Source of the DNA: a virus
Taxonomy: Duplodnaviria > Caudoviricetes
Virus record (IMG/VR): IMGVR_UViG_3300030090_000446
Span: 1 to 54,413 of that record
Length of the DNA: 54,413 nucleotides
Strand: one strand, 5' to 3'
Each line of letters opens with the position of its first letter. Within the stretch, counting starts at the first letter, position 1. Positions 1 to 7,786 of this stretch are shown in pieces. Position numbers and translations under genes: made by a program. The notes beneath the pieces were generated by a model that saw only the letters and a list, made by a program, of their open reading frames with translations, was not told the origin of the DNA and ran no database searches.

Positions 1-96
1 ATAAGTATCAAATGTATCTACAGATGTTTGTCTCATTGTACCTGCATCGTTAGTGACAATACCATCACTACCTGCAACTGCTGTAGTACCTACTGA
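1..96. repeat. 96-nt exact repeat of 53517..53612, followed by about 800 nt of diverged homology
   Basis: Base-by-base identity from ATAAGTATCA to TACTGA; first mismatch at 97 vs 53613. Confidence 0.95.
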
Positions 97-2169
97 AGTA
101 TCACCATCAGAACTTGTATTGATTTCTGTACCTGTAGCATTAACACCTTGAACATCTCTGTTAGCTTCTACATATGCTTTGATGCTTTGTTGTGTAGCTA
201 GTTTAGTTGCACTATTACTACTAAAGTCATCTTCATCAGCTATGTCCGTAATTGTTACAGAACCGTCAGTAAGTGATCCAAAAGATATTGTACCTGTTGT
301 TGTAATGTTAGATGAGCCATTATCTATTGCACCAAATCCAGAGCTTATACTACCACCATTCAATGCACCAGTAGAAACTAGGTTAGGCATTGCAGTTATT
401 TCATCATCAAAGTATGCAGCTAAGTCTGTAACTGCAACCTGCTTCATGGTTCCAGCATCATTGACAACTACTCTGTCTGCATCTGCTATTGTAGTACTTG
501 AAGCTGTTGTATCACCATCCATAATGTTTAGTTCAGTAGCAGTAACTGTAGCTCCGTCAAGTATGTTTAACTCTGTTGCTGTTGATGTAACACCATCTAA
601 TATGTTTAGTTCTTCTGGTGTAGATGTAATCTGTGTTGTACTTACAGCAGCTAGTACTGGAATTGTACCTGATTGGTTAGGTAGGTTAATGGTACGATCA
701 GCAGTAGGATCTATTATAGTAAGTGTAGTTTCATGTGCATCAGCAGTAGCACCTTCAAATACTACAGCATTCTCTGCATTCATTGTAACAGTATCTACAA
801 CTGTCTGTGTTCCACTAACTGTAAGATTACCTGTAACAGTTAAGTTATCGCCTATGGTTACTTCAGATGTACCATGTCCTATTGTTACAGCAGTACCAGA
901 TACGCCAGTACCGATAGATACTGACTCACTACTATTAGCTGTATCAACAACAAGATAAGCATCTGATCCCTGTTTAATTGTAAATGCAGTAGCTGAGTTA
1001 TCTGTTACAGCTACATTAATATCTGTATCATCAGCAGATATAGAGTCAACAGCAATATCACCTACGTTAGTTATATTACCATCACCTACACTAATTGCAG
1101 TAGCACTAAGAGTTCCAGCTAATGCAGTGTTAGCCCCAGTAAATGTAGCAGCAGTAGTAGAACCAGATTTAATTATTAAGTTACCAGAGTTATTTGTTAA
1201 TGCACCATACTGTGTGCCATCATCTTTTAGTAGTACATCAGCACCGTCTGCATCTAGTATAACATCTCCTGCACTATCTAATAACATATCACCAGAAGAT
1301 AATGCTATAGTTGTACCATCAATGTTAAAGTTATCTATATCAATACCAGCATCAGCAGTAATCTTACCAGTAGAAGTAAGTGTTCCACCTACTGCTGTAT
1401 TACCACTAATATCTGCTGTACCGTTTATATCTATTGCAGTAGCCGTAAGGTCAATCTCATCTGTAGCTCCAAGAGAAAGAACAGTAGCACTAGAGCCGTG
1501 AATAAATTGTGAAGCATCATTAAACTGTATCTTATTAGTAGAATTAAGTAGTACTCCAGTATCAGCAACATGGGTAAGAGTAACATCTTGGTCATCTCCC
1601 AAATTAATTACAGCACCGTCTGCAAGAAATAAATCACTAAATTCTAATGATGATGTACCTAGTGCAGCACCATCAGATGCATCAGGTACAAATGCAGTAG
1701 TAGCAGTTATTGTCGTTCCTTGTACTGTACTAGATCCAGTTAGCGCACCAGTAACACCTAATGTACCAGCTACAGTAGCATTTTCATCAACATCAAGAGT
1801 GTCTATATGTGCAGTACCATCTACAAATACATCTTTAAATTCTAATGATGCTGTACCTAAATCTATATCATTGTCTGTTATGGGAACAATAGCACCATCT
1901 TGTATTCGTAGTTGTTGTGTGGCAGAAGAACTTACTTCAGTGTAAAATTCAATGTGATTATTAGAAGTGTCTACTAACACCATATTACGTTGATCAGCAT
2001 CTGCTACTCTATCTATTGGTGGACCTTCTGCTGATGTACCATCATGTGAGTGACCTGTAGATTCATCGAAAGCTGCTAAAACTTGGTTAAGTTCTGCATT
2101 AATTGGTGCTGCTGATATAACCTCACCACTAACTATTTGTGCTGCTGATTGTCTAGTATATCCTGCCAT
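1..2169 (-). CDS. Tail fibre / tail spike protein, N-terminal 723 codons (runs off the left edge; absent from the ORF track)
   Basis: ATG overlaps the upstream stop (TAATG). The frame reads open to base 1: MAGYTRQSAAQIVSGEVISAAPINAELNQVLAAFDESTGHSHDG..., an N-terminal anchor typical of podovirus fibres, followed by Thr/Gly/Asp-rich beta repeats. Its distal part is homologous to 53034..54413. Confidence 0.85.
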   Translation of the reverse strand, partial: MAGYTRQSAAQIVSGEVISAAPINAELNQVLAAFDESTGHSHDGTSAEGPPIDRVADADQRNMVLVDTSNNHIEFYTEVSSSATQQLRIQDGAIVPITDNDIDLGTASLEFKDVFVDGTAHIDTLDVDENATVAGTLGVTGALTGSSTVQGTTITATTAFVPDASDGAALGTSSLEFSDLFLADGAVINLGDDQDVTLTHVADTGVLLNSTNKIQFNDASQFIHGSSATVLSLGATDEIDLTATAIDINGTADISGNTAVGGTLTSTGKITADAGIDIDNFNIDGTTIALSSGDMLLDSAGDVILDADGADVLLKDDGTQYGALTNNSGNLIIKSGSTTAATFTGANTALAGTLSATAISVGDGNITNVGDIAVDSISADDTDINVAVTDNSATAFTIKQGSDAYLVVDTANSSESVSIGTGVSGTAVTIGHGTSEVTIGDNLTVTGNLTVSGTQTVVDTVTMNAENAVVFEGATADAHETTLTIIDPTADRTINLPNQSGTIPVLAAVSTTQITSTPEELNILDGVTSTATELNILDGATVTATELNIMDGDTTASSTTIADADRVVVNDAGTMKQVAVTDLAAYFDDEITAMPNLVSTGALNGGSISSGFGAIDNGSSNITTTGTISFGSLTDGSVTITDIADEDDFSSNSATKLATQQSIKAYVEANRDVQGVNATGTEINTSSDGDTSVGTTAVAGSDGIVTNDAGTMRQTSVDTFDTY

Positions 2170-4265
2170 TATCTGTATCCTGCATCCTGGTATGTTATGG
2201 AGAACCCACTAACACTATAAGGTGCTTGGGTTCCAGTTGATGTTATAATCAACGATATGGATTTTCCTGATCCCTCTATATTTGTTTCTAGTACTGGACT
2301 AGATGATCCATCAAACGTAAATGAGGCATCATATGTACTGTTAGTAGTAGTATACCTCGATAGTGAACCTGCTGTTGTTAAAGAATACGTAGTAGGATCT
2401 GGTGTGTTAGGATCATCCCAATTATAAGCTATACCTAAGTTCAAACTGGAAGACCCTTCTGGTCTAGTAAATAACGATATATGCTGAAATACTTTGCGTT
2501 TTTCGGTAGAGTCGAAATATAAAAAGGGAGTTGCGTAAACAGCCGTAACATCAGCAGTATCAAAAGTATTACCAGATTCTTGTTGATATATTTCACCATT
2601 TAGATCTCCATGTAATACAACTTCAACATCATCTATCAAACCACTAGTAGCTACAAAAGCTCTTATACCTAGTAACTCACCAAACTCCCAACCTACCCTT
2701 CTGTCTGCAAATCTAAGTCCACCTATTATACCTGCTGTATCTGAGGCAGCTGTAGTTGTCTTAGGAAAGAAGTAACGGAACTGAGATTTATTTCTAATAA
2801 CCACAGAAGACATATTAGTTAAGTCATGTGTACTAGGCAGTGATTGCAGCAACTGTTGTACAGGTTTAGAAATAGTTTCAAGTTCTACGTCACCAATTCT
2901 GGCAGTACCTTGAATAGGACGAATACCATCAGAGGCTAAAAATAATACATCACCACCTATTTCTATTATACTATCTGTAGCAATGCAACCAATATTATTT
3001 GTTACTTCAGCTAAAGCAAAATCGGATGTACTAGACCCTGTTAGTCTTTTTATTTTATTTTTACCAAAAACATATAAACTATCTCTAAACTTTGCTATGC
3101 CTGTTATATTAAAACCTACGTTAATTGAGCCTGATCCACTAGCTGATCTAAATCTGTTATCTACGTTTGGCTCACTAAAAAGTAATTTGTTACCACCTAA
3201 TCCTGTACTAGGAAATCCTGCATAGAACTGATGATTTTTAAAATCTGTTGTCATTGAAGCTCCTACTGGAGAAGCATCATCTGATGTTGTATGCTCAGTA
3301 AAAGTAGAACCGTCAAACTTAGCAGGTGTGTTAGTTCCATCACATATTATTACAGACTCAGTACCTGTAAATGAATTTATACTCTCTCTTAACTTTAATA
3401 CATTAATATTAGATCTATTCGATGCTATTGCAGTCCAACCAGAAGTAGTATACTTATATATAGAATACGATTGACTATATGTAGCTGTTATTGATGTACC
3501 ACCACCTCCACTTACAGTAGATGTAGCATTAGATGTAAAAGATACTGTATATGTATTAGCATCAGGTACAGATACTACTGCCATTTCTACAGCGTTTGGA
3601 GTTATACCTCCTATTGCATCACTACCTGTAAATGTTACTTTATGTCCTACAGCTAGTCCATGACTAGTGTGTGTTACTGTTATTGTTGCACTAGCATTAG
3701 ATACTGCAAAAGGATTGTCTGGTAGATCTTGTGTAATTGCATTTACTTTAAATGTTACTGAGCTTCCACCACCAGTAGTACTTGAAGATGCAGCAGAAGT
3801 AAAAGCTACAGTATAACTATTAGCATTTGGCACAGATAATATTGCCATGTCTACTCCATTTGGAGTAATTCCACCAACAGCAGCAGACCCTGAAAATTGT
3901 ACTCTATCTCCCACTGCTAATCCGTGACTAGTATGTGTAACAGTTATAGTGGCACTACCACTAGTAACTGCAAAAGGATTAGAACCTAAAGATCCGTTAT
4001 TATCTTTTAAGTTTCTTCTGGCCGCATAAGGCGTACCATTTAATATCCAAAGACCTATTACTGATCCTGCACCAGATATAGTTCCGTAAGTTGAATTGTA
4101 ATCTGCATAACCATTAATACGTCTGTAACCACCAAACTGTGATACTTCCATATTTAACATACGTAAAGCAGAACCAGGATTAGTATTAGCTAATGATAAA
4201 GCATCCTCATTGGTAAATAGTCCACCTCTAGAGAGGACAGTTACATCCTTTAAAGCGTCTACCAT
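2169..4265 (-). CDS. Tail tubular/nozzle protein (P22 gp10 / T7 gp12-like) with a tandem inserted domain
   Basis: Follows the adaptor gene. Beta-rich, with IGCIATDSIIEIGGDVLFLASDGIR and GDVELETISKPVQ motifs typical of this family. Confidence 0.75.
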   Translation of the reverse strand: MVDALKDVTVLSRGGLFTNEDALSLANTNPGSALRMLNMEVSQFGGYRRINGYADYNSTYGTISGAGSVIGLWILNGTPYAARRNLKDNNGSLGSNPFAVTSGSATITVTHTSHGLAVGDRVQFSGSAAVGGITPNGVDMAILSVPNANSYTVAFTSAASSSTTGGGSSVTFKVNAITQDLPDNPFAVSNASATITVTHTSHGLAVGHKVTFTGSDAIGGITPNAVEMAVVSVPDANTYTVSFTSNATSTVSGGGGTSITATYSQSYSIYKYTTSGWTAIASNRSNINVLKLRESINSFTGTESVIICDGTNTPAKFDGSTFTEHTTSDDASPVGASMTTDFKNHQFYAGFPSTGLGGNKLLFSEPNVDNRFRSASGSGSINVGFNITGIAKFRDSLYVFGKNKIKRLTGSSTSDFALAEVTNNIGCIATDSIIEIGGDVLFLASDGIRPIQGTARIGDVELETISKPVQQLLQSLPSTHDLTNMSSVVIRNKSQFRYFFPKTTTAASDTAGIIGGLRFADRRVGWEFGELLGIRAFVATSGLIDDVEVVLHGDLNGEIYQQESGNTFDTADVTAVYATPFLYFDSTEKRKVFQHISLFTRPEGSSSLNLGIAYNWDDPNTPDPTTYSLTTAGSLSRYTTTNSTYDASFTFDGSSSPVLETNIEGSGKSISLIITSTGTQAPYSVSGFSITYQDAGYR

Positions 4266-4981
4266 TAACCATTACCATGTGGTACATTTATTAATCGGCT
4301 TACGCGAGTATCTCTAACATCAGTAAACCTGTTAATTAATAGAGTTCTCATACGATCAACGCCATCATCAAATCTTGCTTTAATTAATTGTGCTTGTTGA
4401 GCATTGTCTCTAAACATAAAACAATGATACAATGCACCATCTATTACTACGTGTTTGTATGCATCAGGCACAGACATAGTATCTGTAGCATTTACAAGAT
4501 CTGTAGCATAGGCAAAGTAACTATAACTTACACTATAAGCAGCATCAGGTCTAGGGGTAAAACCAACTTTATTATCTAATGTACGATAAACATATATTGG
4601 TTGATCATAATCACCTGTACTTGCTTCTGAATCTCTTTCAAAAAATCTTTTTATAAAAGTATCATAGTCTATTAGTTTAAGATTACGTGCAGAATAATTA
4701 TTATCCGCATCATAGTTAATTCTAAAAGAATCCCAATCAGCTATTTTAAAGTCTGATTCTAATGCATACTCTTGTGTACCTACTACCAGTGTCAAAGAAC
4801 CAGCAGTAAAGTTAAAAGGGAACTCAAATTCCCTCTGAGATATTTCTTGTATTGCAGAATTTATTGCATCTTTAACTTGTGCGCGAAAACCTGTAGCATT
4901 TGGAAAATCAGTTGCTGTTAACTCAACTTCATTCAAACGTCTTAATGTATCATTAACTAATGTTAAGAATGTTGTAGCCAT
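4265..4981 (-). CDS. Head-tail adaptor (tail tubular protein A-like)
   Basis: TFLTLVNDTLRRLNE N-terminus, P-x-PD and VPDAYKHVVIDGALY motifs; lies after the capsid genes. Confidence 0.75.
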   Translation of the reverse strand: MATTFLTLVNDTLRRLNEVELTATDFPNATGFRAQVKDAINSAIQEISQREFEFPFNFTAGSLTLVVGTQEYALESDFKIADWDSFRINYDADNNYSARNLKLIDYDTFIKRFFERDSEASTGDYDQPIYVYRTLDNKVGFTPRPDAAYSVSYSYFAYATDLVNATDTMSVPDAYKHVVIDGALYHCFMFRDNAQQAQLIKARFDDGVDRMRTLLINRFTDVRDTRVSRLINVPHGNG

Positions 4982-4995
4982 ATCTCACCCAAATT

Positions 4996-5029
4996 AAAGA
5001 AGGGGATAGCTCCATTACAGAACTATCCC
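4996..5029 (-). terminator. Intrinsic terminator after the capsid genes
   Basis: Minus strand GGGATAGTTC-loop-GAGCTATCCC followed by CTTCTTT. Confidence 0.7.
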
Positions 5030-5040
5030 ACAATACTTTA

Positions 5041-5565
5041 TTATGCCAAGGCATCTCTTGCAGCAGCAGATGGTTTTTGTCCATTTGCGTTGCAGTTAAT
5101 ACAAGTAGCATATAATCGTAGTACACCAACAGCAGCAGCAGCTCCAGCCAACGTAACATCAATAGTATCAGTAGTACTGATAAATTGAGTGTAAGTTGAA
5201 GCAGCTGAACCGACAACTGTATTGGTTTGTCCGTTAGTTCCAGCAGCACAGTAGCCAGTGGAAGTAACATCAGCACCATCAACAATGTCATCACCACCAC
5301 CAAAGTCAATATCAGCAGTTACACTTGAAGTAAAAGCTGTCATAACTTCAGCACCAGCGTTAAGTACCAATGTACCAGCAGGTATTTCTAATAACTGAAA
5401 AACATCTCCGTCAGCTATTGTATTACCAGCAGTAATTAATGCAGCTACGTCAAGGTATGCCTCGACATTGTACATTACATTGTTACCGTAATGACCTGGC
5501 ATTACAGCAGAAACATCTGCACCAACACCAGAAGTAGATGAAGCGGTAAGGTCAAAAGTAGCCAT
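5041..5565 (-). CDS. Capsid-associated (minor capsid/decoration) protein
   Basis: Directly downstream of the MCP with a GGAG RBS; jelly-roll-like pattern GDVFQLLEIPAGTLV...DTIDV. Confidence 0.6.
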   Translation of the reverse strand: MATFDLTASSTSGVGADVSAVMPGHYGNNVMYNVEAYLDVAALITAGNTIADGDVFQLLEIPAGTLVLNAGAEVMTAFTSSVTADIDFGGGDDIVDGADVTSTGYCAAGTNGQTNTVVGSAASTYTQFISTTDTIDVTLAGAAAAVGVLRLYATCINCNANGQKPSAAARDALA

Positions 5566-5578
5566 TGTCTATTCTCCC

Positions 5579-6643
5579 TTAACCAGCAATATTATAGTGA
5601 GCGCGAACTAGTGCTTCAGGACGAAGAACCTTGCGACCATATAAATGTAACCCACGAACGATGTCAGCAAAGCTGTCATTGTCACGATAAGTTTCGACCT
5701 TCTCTACTTGAGAAGCCGTAGCAACAGCAGAATCATGTCCAGCAACAATTGCACCATAATGTGCGCTTGAACCATTAGTATCAATGGTAGCTGGGCCTGT
5801 TCCTATTGAAGGTAAGTTGTTAGACATATAAACTCTAAAACCACGAACCATGCCAGAGATAATTCTACCATTACGTAGAATGTCTGGATCACTTGAAGCA
5901 AAATCACTGCTCAATAGTTTGGAGTTTTCGTCATTAAGCTGTTCAGCAAATACTGGATCAACAACAACCCAACGTCCATCACGGTCAACATTTTGCTGAT
6001 CGAGTAAACGAGCCATACGGTTTAGCACTTCCAAAGGAGTTGCTTCACCAGTAGATCCGTCAGGATGCGTTGCAATTGAATCAGTAGTAGCACCTCCCGA
6101 CACAAAACTTGCGCGAGAAATTAACATAGAAGCTAGTAAACCATTAGCAGCTGCTCCTGCAATAGGATCAGTACCTGATTTATCAGCAGCTACTCTTGCA
6201 GTTCCAGCAACAGAGCTAATTGTAGCCTGTTTGAAACCTGTCAAGTAACCTAGTACTTCCATGTCAAATTGATCTTTTAGACGATAGCCAGCACGATCAC
6301 TAGCCATTGACTCAAAATTTACATGAGAATGAGCTTCTTCAATGTCATCGATTTTAAAAGCAAAGTAGTTAGCTTTATCGACAACAAGAGTAAAGTCATC
6401 ATCTTGTAGGTCTTGAGGAGTTACTTGCGTACCCCTTGCATATTCAGAAATTGTAATTTCTGGTTCTTTGATAATACGCACTGTATCACCAAAATTAGAT
6501 ATCTCACCAAAGTAATCACTGTTGGTTATATCTTCACAAACACTAGTTTTACGGAAAGCTGATTGTACCTTCTTGCTGTAAATTACAGGAGAGAAGTTAC
6601 CATTAGGTAGATTTCCATAACCAGTTGCAGTCTTAAAAGCCAT
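5579..6643 (-). CDS. Major capsid protein
   Basis: NLPNGNFSPVIYSKKV, GEISNFGDTVRIIKEP and FADIVRGLHLYGRKVLRPEAL; strong AAGGAG RBS; follows the scaffold gene. Confidence 0.92.
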   Translation of the reverse strand: MAFKTATGYGNLPNGNFSPVIYSKKVQSAFRKTSVCEDITNSDYFGEISNFGDTVRIIKEPEITISEYARGTQVTPQDLQDDDFTLVVDKANYFAFKIDDIEEAHSHVNFESMASDRAGYRLKDQFDMEVLGYLTGFKQATISSVAGTARVAADKSGTDPIAGAAANGLLASMLISRASFVSGGATTDSIATHPDGSTGEATPLEVLNRMARLLDQQNVDRDGRWVVVDPVFAEQLNDENSKLLSSDFASSDPDILRNGRIISGMVRGFRVYMSNNLPSIGTGPATIDTNGSSAHYGAIVAGHDSAVATASQVEKVETYRDNDSFADIVRGLHLYGRKVLRPEALVRAHYNIAG

Positions 6644-6840
6644 TGGTTATCTCCTTTCGGCTATTACGAAACGAGCCAACTTTGACAGTTTCAAGGCTAC
6701 ATCTTTAGGGTGAGGATAATCCTGGCCTAACGATTGTAGGTAGTTGATATGTTTAGAGTTAGCATAAACAGGAGGTAGTCTATAAAGAGGCTCCTAAAAG
6801 GAACTAGCCAATGGTTTTAGTCATCAGCTAGTTTTATAAT
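6644..6840 (-). promoter_or_regulatory. Structured 5' leader of the major capsid gene
   Basis: Helices AACTAGC/GCTAGTT, AGGAG/CTCCT, CTACA-ATC-TTAGG/CCTAA-GAT-GTAG and GGCT/AGCC lie between the promoter and the RBS. Confidence 0.55.
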
Positions 6841-6847
6841 TGTCTGT

Positions 6848-6876
6848 AGTATATCACATTTAATTTAATTTGTCAA
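6848..6876 (-). promoter_or_regulatory. Sigma70-type promoter for the capsid operon
   Basis: TTGACA-17 nt-TATACT with an extended -10 TG. Confidence 0.85.
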
Positions 6877-6881
6877 GAACT

Positions 6882-7709
6882 TTATCTAGCACCAGCAGTT
6901 AAATCGTACACAAATGTACCATTTCTTACAGATTCTGAGATAGCTTCTTCAAATTTATCCCAATCTTTACTGCTAAGACCTTTTACTCTAGACTCTGACC
7001 ATACATTTCTATCTTGATTTGCAGGTTCACTGGACCTAGAAGTTTTAGAAACTGCCTTGGCTGCATCTTTACTTGACTTAGTTTTGTTAGTTTTTTTAGT
7101 TTCTAACTTATATAGATCAATTGCTTTTGCAGCAGCTCTAGGATCATTGTCATTTTCATACAAAGCAGATTGTATCCATTTAGGTTGTTCTGCAACCCAA
7201 TCATGGAACTCTTGATCTGCTCTTATCTCTGCAAAGTCAGGGTGTAGTTTCTCTAACTCACTCTCTGCTTTTTCTAGCTGTACTTTAGTCTTTAACTCAT
7301 CAACGTATTTAAGTTTTTCTTCTACATCTTTACGAGCTTCTACAGCTTTCTTTGTTGCAATAGTTTCTACTATCTTAGCAACATCAGGATACTTTTCTGT
7401 CCATTCTTCTAACTCTTCATCAGATTTAGGCAACTTTACCTGCTTACGTGTTAAGCTTTCTACCTGTTCCTGAAGCTTACGTATCTCATCACTATGTTGC
7501 TCTTGTAACTGTTGAGAGTGTCTTCTAAGATCTCCATACCTTTTCTTGAATGTTTTTTCTTCTGGTTCTAGATTTTCTTCTGGCTCTGCTTCTTCTTGAT
7601 TGCGTTGAGCTTCTAGTTCTTCTATTTCTTTGTCTACTTCTTCTACAGATTCTCTTTTATAACGTCTATTCATAGGTGCGGTTTTTACTTCTTCTTGTAC
7701 TGATTCCAT
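6882..7709 (-). CDS. Capsid scaffolding protein
   Basis: Acidic coiled coil with EEKTFKKRYGDLRRH and HPDF...F..W...QP motifs; directly upstream of the MCP. Confidence 0.8.
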   Translation of the reverse strand: MESVQEEVKTAPMNRRYKRESVEEVDKEIEELEAQRNQEEAEPEENLEPEEKTFKKRYGDLRRHSQQLQEQHSDEIRKLQEQVESLTRKQVKLPKSDEELEEWTEKYPDVAKIVETIATKKAVEARKDVEEKLKYVDELKTKVQLEKAESELEKLHPDFAEIRADQEFHDWVAEQPKWIQSALYENDNDPRAAAKAIDLYKLETKKTNKTKSSKDAAKAVSKTSRSSEPANQDRNVWSESRVKGLSSKDWDKFEEAISESVRNGTFVYDLTAGAR

Positions 7710-7729
7710 TTTAGTTTCTTTCTTTTAGG

Positions 7730-7772
7730 GGCTACTAGTTGCTTTTCACCATGAAAAGGGTAGTAGGTAGCC
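7730..7772 (-). promoter_or_regulatory. Hairpin in the scaffold gene leader
   Basis: GGCTA-CTA..CTTTTCA-TGG-TGAAAAG..TAG-TAGCC stem-loop with an internal loop. Confidence 0.55.
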
Positions 7773-7786
7773 TTATTTGTTTAACA

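Noticed and set aside
1-96. End-to-end repeat as the phage direct terminal repeat
   Set aside because: It lies inside a coding gene and is not flush with the right end; the likely terminus is near 18.2 kb.
179-1501. Plus-strand ORFs 179..958 and 1127..1501 (also 53695..54129, 52671..53210, 53305..53520)
   Set aside because: Antisense shadows of the minus-strand fibre genes; they are Val/Ser-rich, lack an RBS and arise from codon bias.
4953-5309. 118-aa Leu-rich alternative-frame ORF overlapping the capsid-associated gene
   Set aside because: Its composition is that of an off-frame read, it crosses the terminator, and it has no RBS or slippery site.
6800-6835. CUGAUGA in the MCP leader as a hammerhead ribozyme core
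   Set aside because: No stem II plus GAAA, and no stem III / cleavage triplet in the right arrangement.
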